A DNA stretch of 64,000 nt, taken from the NCBI GenBank assembly GCA_951406725.2, contig OX597835.1, positions 8,184,001 to 8,248,000 on the forward strand. The letters run 5' to 3'. The first letter of the stretch is position 1, and every line of letters begins with the position of its first letter. Positions 27,542-39,408 of the stretch are shown here, piece after piece. The notes under the pieces were generated by a model. It was not told the origin of the DNA, did not search any database, and was given only the letters and a program-made list of their open reading frames with translations. Origin of the DNA: Octopus vulgaris (taxonomy: Eukaryota). The translations under genes were made by a program, and so were the position numbers.

Positions 27542-27762
27542 CTCTTTAGTGTTTAAACTGGCCATATCCGGCCCAAATATTCTGTATCTTTTATATTCAA
27601 GCTGCCGCAATCTAGCCTCTCACACCTAACCCACATTGACGTTCTAAAAATAAACAATCTCGTCATTGAAACCTCAAAGTTATAAGATAATGCATAATTA
27701 ATTAAAAGCAATTTGAGTAAAAAACATATTACATTTAGCAGAGTAATCTGAACACTAAAGGG
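27542..27762. mobile_element. piggyBac-type MITE
   Basis: TTAA at 27538-27541 and 27763-27766; TIR c(t)ctttagtgtt ... aacactaaaggg. Confidence 0.78.
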
Positions 27763-28142
27763 TTAACATCTCTGCAATCCTGTCATAATTTTGGTCGTTC
27801 ACAAGAGACGCGATTCAAGGTTAGAGACACAGCACCAAACCAGAATAGTACGAATCGACGTTGACATAGGACAGATTTGAACTCACAAAGCAAAGAGTCG
27901 CATTAAATACCATAGGCCGTTTTATCACACGCTCTAACGCCTCTGCCAGCCCGACGCCATTCAATGTAAAAGGTCGATAAAATTGCAATTCAAAGACATG
28001 AGATTAGTGCTTCTATTACCATACAAGTCTACAAGATAACCTTGTCTTAACACTGGGAAATACCAAATATCTTACATAAATTGAATTGTGTCTTGCCGAA
28101 TTCTTCAACCGGTTATGGGTTTCTTTCGGTCAGGATTAACCA

Positions 28143-28188
28143 AAAATTGTGTATAACGACATCTCGAAATTGTGTATAACGACATCTC
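28143..28188. repeat. Short tandem duplication
   Basis: aaattgtgtataacgacatctc present twice at 23-bp spacing. Confidence 0.9.
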
Positions 28189-28514
28189 TACGCGCAAGAT
28201 ATTTGTAAAAGAACTGGCGATTGCCCAGGCTTACAAGTCATCTGTCTCCCCGATACCGATGTTGTCCAAGAAACTCATCCCCCATCACTTTACAGTCTAA
28301 ATAGTTTACCACCAATGTAATAGTAAGGGCATTACTATCACTACGCAAAGAACCGGATCAAATCCCACGACGCATTCCGTTTGGCTCCTTTAAAATTCAT
28401 CGCTCTGGATTGGTAATATTTTCACAACAGGCGAACGACGTGATGCTGAAATGCTGTCCACATCTGCTCCAGCTCGAATAACATACGACTATTGTGTCTA
28501 TTACGTTTATTATA

Positions 28515-28892
28515 CTCTTACTCTTTATTCTTTTACTTGTTTCAGTCATTTGACTGCGGCCATGCTGGAGCACCGCCTTTAGTCGAGCAAATCGACCCCG
28601 GGACTTATTCTTTGTAAGTCCAGTACTTATTCTCTCGGTCCCTTTTTTGCCGAACCGCTAAGTGACGGGGACGTAAACCAGCATCGGTTGTCAAGCAATG
28701 CTAGGGGGACAAACACACATATATATATATATATATACGACAGGCTTCTTTCAGTTTCCGTCTACCAAATCCACGCATTGGTCGACCCGGGGCTATAGCA
28801 GAAGACACTTGCCCAAGATGCTACGCAGTGGGACTGAACCCGGAACCATGTGGTTGGTTAGCAAGCTACTTACCACAGAACCACTCCTGCGC
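28515..28892 (-). mobile_element. SINE family A, with small deletions
   Basis: Matches A consensus in reverse orientation. Confidence 0.92.
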
Positions 28893-30892
28893 CTATTATA
28901 GTTCACCAAAGTTAATTATCTCCCTTGGATAGCTGTTGGTATTAATGATAGGTTGATTGTCTTCACGATTCTAAATTTCTGCCGAACATTGACTTAGGAC
29001 AGAGATCTGTTCCAGAAGCAATTTGAACGTTTCTCGACAAGAAAGTCCTTACCAGGCTTTTATTACTCCATATATTGTAGCTAGACTTCCAAGAAGGGAT
29101 GCTGGGACTTAAGTCTCACTACTAGACACCGTCCATACATTGGGGATCTGATGTTTGAGTGTGGGTATGTGAGAGCATGAATCATTTTGGTTATGTTTCT
29201 CTCATCCCTCTTCACAACCGGTGTTCCTTTATTGTCCTCCGTAGCTCACAGTTCGAGCGAAAAGAGGCTGAAAGGAAATGTAGCAGACCTAACTAAATGC
29301 GGGGATAAACTTAAAGTCGTCACGGGCAGCAAATTTATTCCAACTAATTACAGAATCTAAGACAGATTTGGTTGACGTCTATATGAACTTAATTATGCAG
29401 TTAAAAATTCATTGGCTCACAACGTTGGACTCGTTAGTGTGCACTTAGCTGCTAATTTTCCATGTTGACGGTGCCACAACGTATGTGAAATTATTGTTTC
29501 TGCTAAATGTATTGCTTAATATGACAGTTTCAAGCGTCTTTGTTTAGAAATAATAATTAAAAAAAACCCACTTTAATAGACGGCAACAAAACAAATTACA
29601 TCATAATTAACAACAACAATCATCACAAACACTACAAGAAGCAATACTTGTTGATGAAGGATAGTGAAAACAATATTAAAGAAATTTGAAATCAAGATAA
29701 AGAAACTGGATAGTGAAAACAATAGCATGTGGCCTCAATTAAAGTCCAACAGCTGGTTCGACAATATCGCAAAAGATGTAAATAGCAATTGGTCGAGTCA
29801 AACTTAAAACTGAAGAATGTAACAAAGAAAGACGCCGCATGAAGAACAAAAGAACAAGAAGATGAGAAAGGAATGAAAAGAAATAATGAAATTTGGAATA
29901 AGAACGATTTTATGAGAAAGGAGAGAAATGAAAGAAGGAAAAAAACTGAATATGGTGGAGAAGGAATGAAACAGGAAGAAGAAAATTTGAGATGGAAGCA
30001 GTGAAAGAAAAGAGAATTTAATGGATATGGAAAATGAAGGATAGAACGAAGGAAGATGTGAATGAAAGGTAGAAGAAAGACACGAGAGAAGAAAGTAAGG
30101 AGAAAAAATTTAAGAATGAAAACTATGCAAATTACAAAGAAAAAAAAACAAATATGAAATTAAAGAGTAAATAAAAGAAAACATACGTAAATAGAAAAAT
30201 ATAAAGAAAGAATAAAAATATGAAATTAGGAGAGCTACATACACACACACACACACACATACACACACACACACACAGACACAAAAACGCACACAGACAC
30301 ACATTTCTGTATTCTACCTTTTATATCTTGGGTTCGTTGAAAGATGCTCTATAACATAAAGATATAAAACAAAAGAAAAAAATCCTAATTTCCTTCCACA
30401 GATTTTTCATTATTCCCTATAATTTTCTGTAGATAAACGTAGAAATCTCCCTTATGTGAATAAATAAAATATCTTCATTTTTCTTATGTCAACTCGCCCA
30501 CCTCATCCACCCTCATTTCATTCTATTTTGCCCTCAGCTTCTCCCCAAAATCCTACTAAAATACATTTTCTCCTTAATAATATCTCTGGTTGGCTTAGAA
30601 TACTTTCAAGAAAATCCATTACGTCCCGTAATGAAAGAATGAGTATATTGTGGCGTAAATTTCTTTCCTCAGGCCTACAGAAATATGTGGAGAGTGAAAA
30701 TATATTTCGTCAACGTTTTGACCAGGAATAGAAGCATTTACGTTGTGGTTTTGATGCCTTCACGAAAGAAAAAATATCAATTTCAATGAAATAAAATAAA
30801 ATTGTACAACTTTACATATTGTAGCTACTGGACAACAGCATTATTAGTCACGGAATACCAACTGGTCAGTTACTGGCTCAAAGCATTTGTAC

Positions 30893-31297
30893 ATAAATAC
30901 ATACATACATACATACATACATACATGCATACATACATGCATACATGCATACATACATACTTACATACATGCATACATACATACATACACACATGCATGC
31001 ATACATACATACATGCATACATGCATGCATACATATATACATACATGGATGCATACATATATACATACATAAAGGCATACATACATACACATACATGCAT
31101 CCGTCCATCCATCCATCCATCCATCCATCCATCCATACATACATATATACATACATAGATACATGCATACATGCATGCATACATACATACATACACACAT
31201 ACACATCCATCCATCCATCCATCCATCCATACATACATACATACATACATACATGCATACATACATACATACATACATACATACATGCATACATACA

Positions 31298-31331
<34 letters not shown>

Positions 31332-31352
31332 CATACATACATACATACATAT
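30893..31352. repeat. Compound (TACA)n/(TGCA)n/(TCCA)n tetranucleotide repeat
   Basis: Directly visible; explains the MYVC/HTYI ORFs. Confidence 0.95.
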
Positions 31353-32483
31353 ATGATTGGAAGCTTGATGAGATCCCAGACATTAATCTGAGAATTTTTA
31401 GCGCATGACACAAAATTCCTTAGAAAATTCTTTCCGACCTTTCACCTACCGATTTCGAATCTCACGGACGTTAACCTTAATTTTATTTTTCATCTCAGAA
31501 TCGATGAAGCGAATTTCAATCAACTACTGAAGGTGATGTAATCAAATGTTCTTTCCTGAAAATGTCTGACTTTCTGCCAAAAAACAGTAAATATTTCTCA
31601 GTCAATTTCATTGATGAATCTTCTGCTGTTTGATAAACTCAGTTTCCAGTTCATTAAATTAACACCTCTAAGTAATTCTGCATTCCGAACACCTGATCTT
31701 TTAACACAGTTCTCAGACAGAAATAATATTCGATAAGGCTGCACCATTGAATTACTGGTACACTCCGTTTCACATCTTCTCAGTAGTTTCCGTCTGCACA
31801 TCTTCCCACAGAAACTCGAATATGCCATGGTAAATAAGATTTACCTGAGATGTAACACATAGGGATCGAACCCAAAATCTCAAGATGATGAAACTCTTTT
31901 CTTAACCATTTCGTCAAATTTGTATTCACCTACGATAAAACGCATTCTTTGCTTTTCCCGAGACTTTCCTTCTTAAATATTCATTTCTTTCCAGAAGCTA
32001 CATCCTTTCACTCTATCATTCATTGCGTTTTACATTCTCTTCACTTTACTTTTTTAATTTTTCTCCCTAATTCATTCCTTATCATGCAATGTATCAATTT
32101 CCAACTGTTTAATCAGACAAAAAAAAAATAAAACATGGATTCTTACTACAAATTTTGAAGTCATTCAATTTGCCTTATTTGCTGTTGTTTTTGTTAGGTG
32201 TTCGTTTTTAGAAGCCATAACCAGAATTTGCTTCATTTTTTTTCAGTCCATGAAATATAAATAATTCTTCTAGTCTAAATACGATGCTTGCGTAAAAGAA
32301 AAGTGATGGCGTCATATGTAAATATTTGTTCATATACATACAGGAACACTTTGGTATATAAGTGAGATATGTATATCAGCGACGACAGCAAATATACACC
32401 ATACCGTATTGATATAGCATAAATTATGGCTTCTCAAATACGCCACACCATTAAGACAGAGATAGAGAAACAAACGGACAGAG

Positions 32484-32530
<47 letters not shown>

Positions 32531-32535
32531 TCGAG

Positions 32536-32632
<97 letters not shown>

Positions 32633-33087
32633 TGGTGACACCTCCAACTCGCAATAACTAAACTTAAGATGTAAAAGTTTCTCTTCTCAGCCAAAATAAC
32701 CTATTCCTAAAGTGAAAGCTCATTCTTCCCTGGAATTAAAGTTATTATTTTCGTATCCCTGGTGATTACAAATTTGAATTGTTTACACGTGTTTCACCGT
32801 TTGCAACTAGCGTTTGAAGATTTTACTTTACTTCAAGAATGCATTATCTCTAAAACATTCTTTATTTTTGATTCAATTTCCTAATTGCTAAACCATTTAA
32901 TAAATATCACCTATTTTGAAAAGATGTTAAACCTCCATATGTTTCAGCTTTCTCTCCAATAAGAAACAGCGATCTCGGCTAACGTTGCTCATATATTTTT
33001 TGTTCATCGGCTCCTTTGCTTTTGGTTAAGGGGAATTTTGCCGTTTATCTTTAATCTTAATAGTAATTTTCTCCCTCAGATTTCTTT

Positions 33088-33498
33088 GAGTGGCTGTGTG
33101 GTAAGTAGCTTGCTAACCAGCCACATGGTTCCGGGTTCAGTCCCACTGCGTGGCACCTTGGGCAAGTGTCTTCTGCTATAGCCTCGGGCCGACCAATGTC
33201 TTATGAGTGGATTTGGTAGACGGAAACTGAAAGAAGCCTGTCGCATATATGCATATATATATGTGTGTGTGTGTGTATGTGTGTGTGTTTGTGTGTGTGT
33301 GTTTGTTCCCCTAGCATTGCTTGACAACCGATGCTGGTGTGTTTACGTCCCCGTCACTTAGCGGTTCGGCAAAAAGAGACCGATAGAATAAGTACTGGGC
33401 TTACAAAGAATAAGTCCCGGGGTCGAGTTGCTCGACTAAAGGCGGTGCTCCAGCATGGCCGCAGTCAAATGACTGAAACAAGTAAAAGGGAGTAAAGT
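33088..33498 (+). mobile_element. SINE family A, full length
   Basis: Matches A consensus. Confidence 0.93.
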
Positions 33499-33557
33499 GA
33501 CATATAAGTCAGGGATAGGTTGAATTTGAAACTACCTGAAAAGAATAAGAAACGTTG

Positions 33558-33982
33558 AGTTAGTTAGTTAGTTAATTTGTCTCAAAAGCAAATAGCAAGG
33601 CCATGTAGGGGGACATGGAGTTAAGTACAGGGTGGTGTTCATGTAAAGAGTTCAGGCCACTTGAGGTCAAGGGAGGCTTTGAACAAAGCGGTCGTCGGCA
33701 TCTTCACCATCTCGTCTGGCAGCTTGTTCCACGGATCCGCAACCCGGACAGAGAAAGCTTCTCTCCTTCGATTGAGATGAAATCGTCGCAGGTAGAGCTT
33801 TTCGGAATGACCCCGCAGCCGACGCTCTGGAACAGGAGTGAAGAACAGCTCTTTCAAGAGGTTACACTTTCCGCTTATTATGCTGTGGGCGAGAATGAGA
33901 TCACCACGGCGGCGGCGTTTTTCTAGAGAATAAAGTTCGAGCATCCTAAGCCTTTCTTCATAGGACAAATTTTTGAGACCAT
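33558..33982 (-). mobile_element. CR1-clade LINE, 5'-truncated 3' end
   Basis: GLKNLSYEERLRMLELYSLEKRRRRGDLI...RLRGHSEKL...FSVRVADPWNKLP..FKASLD is the typical CR1 ORF2 C-terminus; short 3' UTR ending in (CTAA)n. Confidence 0.9.
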
Positions 33983-33999
33983 AATACAAAGAACGTTCA

Positions 34000-34665
34000 A
34001 ATATATCAGACTTTTTACCATAAAATTTAATGCCACGCGGATAGAGACGTTTCAGTAGGAGGTGATACCATCCATTCTGTACAGCATGGAAATTTTCGTG
34101 CCGGTACGCCGCGTCAGTTCCCGGCTGTTACACCCAGGGTACAGACGTGCACTGTGGTGGCGCAATGGCCCAGTGGTTAGGGCAGCGGACTCGCGGTCGT
34201 AGGATCGCGGTTTCGATTCCCAGACCGGGCGTTGTGAGTGTTTATTGAGCGAAAACACCTAAAAGCTCCACGAGGCTCCGGCCGGGGATGGTGGTGATCC
34301 CTGCTGTACTCTTTCACCACAACTTTCTCTCACTCTTTCTTCCTGTTTCTGTTGTACCTGTATTTCAAAGGGCCGGCCTTGTCACTCTCTGTGTCACGCT
34401 GAATATCCCCGAGAACTACGTTAAGGGTACCCGTATCTGTGGAGTGCTCAGCCACTTACACGTTAATTTCACGAGCAGGCTGTTCCGTTGATTAGGATCA
34501 ACCGGAATTCTCGTCGTCGTAACCGACGGAGTGCTTCCACAGACGTGCACGTTCCTCCGAATTTCGTTTTCACGCAAATGTGACCGACTGGCAGCATCGA
34601 ACAGATATTACATCAAGTTTTACCAAACGCTTGGTGATACTTCAGTTCAAACCATTCAAAGAGGA
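34000..34665 (+). mobile_element. Mariner 5' remnant interrupted by a SINE
   Basis: 34598-34660 resembles a mariner N-terminus (EQ.YYIKFYQTLGDTSVQTIQR, with a frameshift); left boundary uncertain. Confidence 0.5.
34153..34538 (+). mobile_element. SINE family C head with tail type T1, 12-bp TSD
   Basis: A-box TGGCCCAGTGG, B-box GTTTCGATTCC; TSD acagacgtgcac at 34141-34152 and 34539-34550. Confidence 0.93.
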
Positions 34666-35093
34666 AATGAAATCGTATAAAAAAAAAAAAACTGACGTGT
34701 AGTTGGTTTCCAGTTGTCTCAACTTCTGTTAAGCCATTAATATTATTAAAGTTGCTTCCGTATTGTACAGCGTTTTACCGATTTAAAACAAGAATTTATT
34801 GGACGCTTGATTATAAGAAATGTCTTTATTTAGTCGTGAGATGATTTCTACCATATGGGCTTTTCTATGGAATTAACCACTGGCGGTCTCTAAGCATGAG
34901 ACAAATTGTTTGTAGGATTTTATACAATTCTTTATATTTATGCCAAAACAAACGAAGTACTCAAGAAAAATTTTAAGAGAAATTAAAACATTTATAATAA
35001 TCAAGTCTACCTTGATAGATTTCACTGTACATAACTTAAAACGAAATAGAAATTAGGCAATCGGAAAACTAGGCGGCCAGATATGCGAAAGAA

Positions 35094-35492
35094 CTCTTTT
35101 ACTTGTTTCAGTCATTTGACTGCGGCCATGCTGGAGCACCGCCTTTAGTCGAGCAAATCGACCACGGGACTTATTCTTTGTAAGCCCAGTACTTATTCTA
35201 TCGGTCTCTTTCTATCGCTAAGTGATGGGGACATAAACACAGCAGCATCGATTGTCAAGCAATGCTAGGGAGACAAACACAGATACACAAACACACACGC
35301 ATACATATATATATATATATACATATATACGACGGGCTTCTTTCAGTTTCCGTCTACCAAATCCCCTCACAAGGCTTTGGTCCGCCCGAGGCTATAGTAG
35401 AAGACACTTGCCGAAGATGCCACGCAGTGGGACTGAACCCGGAACCATGTGGTTGGTAAACAAGCTACTTACCACACAGCCACTCCTGCGCC
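35094..35492 (-). mobile_element. SINE family A
   Basis: Matches A consensus in reverse orientation. Confidence 0.92.
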
Positions 35493-36103
35493 CTTAAATG
35501 TTTCACATTTATTTATTACTATTTAAGATCTGTGGTTTGCAATGCAGAAGGACTTAACATGTACGACTGAATGATGGAGCTTTGAAATGGATACAATAAC
35601 TAAGCACATAACCACTTCAGATTTTAATATTTTAGCTTTGAGGCAATTATTCCCCTTCAGACGATTATTACGTGAATTACTTGCGAGGGACAACAATTTA
35701 ATTATATCAAACATACTCATTAATTGCCAGAAACGATTTTGTATAATATCTAATTTAATCAGAAAATACTTCTGCATTATAAGAAATATATAATCGTGAC
35801 AAGTTATCATTCCCGGTGTCTATACCTAAATGTGTATAGTGTGAAAAAGTTTCAAAGCAGAATAAATTAGCATATTCATTCGTCAAGGTAAGCTAATTAT
35901 GTATATTTTATTATAACTATTGGCAACAGTATCTCTTTCAATGTATAAACGTCAATGTTTCTATTGCAATTCATCGCATAAATAAAAATATTTATGAAAA
36001 GAAATAAAGCTGAGCATGGATTGTATATGAAACGTACATTTCGCTAATTACAAAAATATATTACTTTACCCTATTATTATATAATACATTAAGAGAGAAA
36101 GAA

Positions 36104-36142
<39 letters not shown>

Positions 36143-36255
36143 ATAACTCCCTCCTTTATATTTAAATGATGAAATGATATATGAAAAATTTAGGTATATT
36201 TGCAGCAAAATTAGTTTTACACCCTGCAGTCACATATCGCTATTTTGCAATAAAT

Positions 36256-36287
<32 letters not shown>

Positions 36288-36403
36288 GATACACACACAC
36301 ACACACAAAGACACAGACACAGACACACGCACACCCACAGGCACTTCATATATATATAAATACATACACACATTCGAGCGAGTGAAGCTCGACAAATAGT
36401 CAG

Positions 36404-36450
<47 letters not shown>

Positions 36451-36455
<5 letters not shown>

Positions 36456-36597
36456 TTATTTAAAGCAGCAGAAAATTCAACATTGAGAGTAACAGGTTTT
36501 GTTGAATTTTCTGCTGCTTTAAAGAAAGCATATTACTCTACCACTGGTATTTGAGTACACTTTTTTCCACCTTGTTTCACATTTATGTGTTTACTCC

Positions 36598-36600
<3 letters not shown>
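36451..36600. mobile_element. Fold-back island in (TA)n, possibly an inverted Penelope-like pLTR end
   Basis: Perfect 24-bp inverted repeat tttaaagcagcagaaaattcaaca (36459-36482 / 36500-36523), 17-nt loop; long TA tracts both sides. Confidence 0.55.
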
Positions 36601-36672
<72 letters not shown>

Positions 36673-36870
36673 TGAGCAACAGACTGATGTCCTATAAGCT
36701 ATTTAATGTCTAAAATCGGCGGATGAGTTGGCAGCAGGCAGCTTAGTTTAATGGCAAAGCACTCTACCGGTGTCTTGGGGATGTACATTCGACCTCCATA
36801 TCTGTTTTTTGACAACTTCTAAGGGTAATTTACTAATTATCTCTGTTTTTATATATTGTTTTTTATCGTG

Positions 36871-36936
<66 letters not shown>

Positions 36937-37064
36937 ATAAATATTAATGAATAAATCCAAACTTATATATATTTAAATAATATAAATTAAATAATCTTAT
37001 GTATTGGCTTAAGTTTTTCATTGTATGATTTGCCTAATAGTGGTTTTGTCTATAATTTAATATA

Positions 37065-37113
<49 letters not shown>

Positions 37114-37238
37114 GTGTCGAAACCATAATGATATCCGTGGGGTAGCTGATGATGGTGGTGGTATGTTGGATTGTTAATATGGATGTTTTTGCATATGTGG
37201 AATAGTATAACACATCCCTTTGATATATATATATATAT

Positions 37239-37385
37239 TGTTATATTTCGGAATGGTCATTTTGCCAGTTTAGCCAATAAAAACACACGCACTATATATT
37301 TGGTGTTATTTTGCTTCAGTGTTATTTATTTCGGCCAGAGTTCTTATTGGCTAAACTGGCAAAATGACCATTCCGAAATATAACA
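37239..37385. mobile_element. MITE with TGT..ACA ends and 42-bp perfect TIRs (Ginger-like termini)
   Basis: tgttatatttcggaatggtcattttgccagtttagccaataa and its exact reverse complement; flanked by ATAT on both sides. Confidence 0.85.
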
Positions 37386-37442
37386 ATATCTGTTTCAACA
37401 CACGAATTCACATAAAAAATCTTGCACAACAAATATTTAAAC

Positions 37443-37589
<147 letters not shown>

Positions 37590-37690
37590 CATGTATGTAT
37601 GGATTGGTAAATATTAGTATCAAATACGAATCAGTCAGAACGAATATCGATGATATTAAAAGTTGGGAAGATATGAGAAATCTTGTCCAG

Positions 37691-37773
37691 TTATCCGGAC
37701 ACATCTACTTTAATGGCCTCGGGTGATTCGGGCGGCGGTGAACGAAAAGAAACGCGTCAGAACATTTTCTGCT
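37691..37773 (+). other. Candidate exon (..[27 protein letters not shown])
   Basis: Acceptor tcttgtccag, consensus donor gtaagt at 37774, CpG-rich open frame with ATG at 37713; protein not recognised. Confidence 0.25.
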
Positions 37774-38018
37774 GTAAGTAAAATTTGCGTTGTGTTGATA
37801 TATGTCTTCTGTGGAAGAGAAAAATAATTCAGGTTGGAAACAGTTTTTGTTAATTCCCGAGGAATGATAATGGAAATATATGATGGGATTAAAAATCTAT
37901 CTTTGATAGAGATATCGGCAGGGTTACTATGATTAGGGAACACGGGTTCTTCGAGAAAGAAAAGATGCGATGTTGGGGGTCCTGACAGACAATCTGCTAT
38001 TGTTGTTCTATATGATAC

Positions 38019-38345
38019 TTGTACAGATCCAGATACTGCAACAGCTTGGGTTTCAGAGGACCACAGCTCTTTAACATCCTCCCTAAATGCCTGAGAGACT
38101 TACATGGTGTGGATGTGGGTTTCTTTAAAACTAAACTGGATCTCTTCTTGTCGGGAGTCCCAGATGAACCTACCTCACGACAGGAGACGCCGATGCGGGC
38201 AGCAGCATCGAACTCCCTTGTTGATCAAGTGCCGCGTATCAGAGGTGGATTCACAAATTAGTGTAGCTCATTCAGCGGTGGTGCCCCAGCATGGCCGCGG
38301 CCTCCCGGCTAAAACATTTTAAAGGATTATTTAAGGATTATTTTA
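38019..38345 (+). mobile_element. CR1-group LINE, 5'-truncated 3' end
   Basis: NSLGFRGPQLFNILPKCLRDL..FKTKLDLFLSGVPDEP..AAASNSL is a non-LTR ORF2 C-terminus; 3' UTR ggtggtgccccagcatggccgcggcc followed by two aaggattatt-type repeats. Confidence 0.85.
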
Positions 38346-38939
38346 TCATGTGTATTGAAAATATTTACCTTTGATAATTCATTACAATCATAAAGACGAA
38401 TGGACGAGCAGACACATAAGTAGAGCGTTGCGCAGTTTGACAAGTAGAAATACGGTTAAATTGAGAGACGCATAGAGAGTTGTACTTGTCTATGTATGAA
38501 ATGGTCTGGTTGTATGTGTATGTGTTTTCTATATACTCGTTTTTAATGAAAAGTAATTAAGTTTTAAACTAATTAGTTTTTAGAATTAATCAGATTTCAC
38601 AGCAAGGTTTTGAATTTCGACATTTTTGTTAAAAGAAATGTGAAATATTAATTGCATTGCAACAAGTTAAAAGCATAAAAATGGTGAACCGTTGGAGATT
38701 ATTAGACAAAAAAAAAAAATAGTGATTTTTAGTTCATCCTGCTTGTGTTAATGTTAGTTGTTTGTTAAACGTTATTATTGAGGTCTCTTTTGTCTACGGA
38801 GTTGTTACTGCCGAAGGGTAAAGTGGTGCAACACAAGAACTAAAAAAAAAAAAAAAAATAGAAAATCACAAACGTAGAAATAATTTAGAAGAGTTTAATA
38901 TTTTACATGCATTAATTGATCTTGCTGTTATTGATTTCG

Positions 38940-38946
38940 ATTATTA

Positions 38947-39026
<80 letters not shown>

Positions 39027-39131
39027 TACTGTCGCTGTTGTTTTCATCGGTCATGTTTTCTCTATAATAATGATAATGAGGATTATAATAATAATAATGA
39101 TAATAATAATAATAATAATAATGATAATTAT

Positions 39132-39183
<52 letters not shown>

Positions 39184-39192
39184 GTAATAATT

Positions 39193-39289
<97 letters not shown>

Positions 39290-39300
39290 TGATGATGATG

Positions 39301-39343
<43 letters not shown>

Positions 39344-39408
39344 GAATAAGAAGGAGGAGAAGGAGGAGGAGGAGATGGAGAAGAAGAAGAAGAAGAAGAA
39401 GAAGAAGA
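38940..39408. repeat. (ATT)n, short spacer, (AAT)n, (GAG/AAG)n compound microsatellite
   Basis: Directly visible; explains poly-I/N/K ORFs. Confidence 0.95.

Noticed and set aside
31598-31828. 76-aa ORF of normal composition
   Set aside because: Overlaps a highly decayed SINE A-like remnant (gtttccgtct...gggatcgaaccc); no recognisable protein.
34155-34232. tRNA gene-like sequence with A and B boxes
   Set aside because: Head of a TSD-flanked SINE; runs into the SINE body, no proper cloverleaf or terminator.
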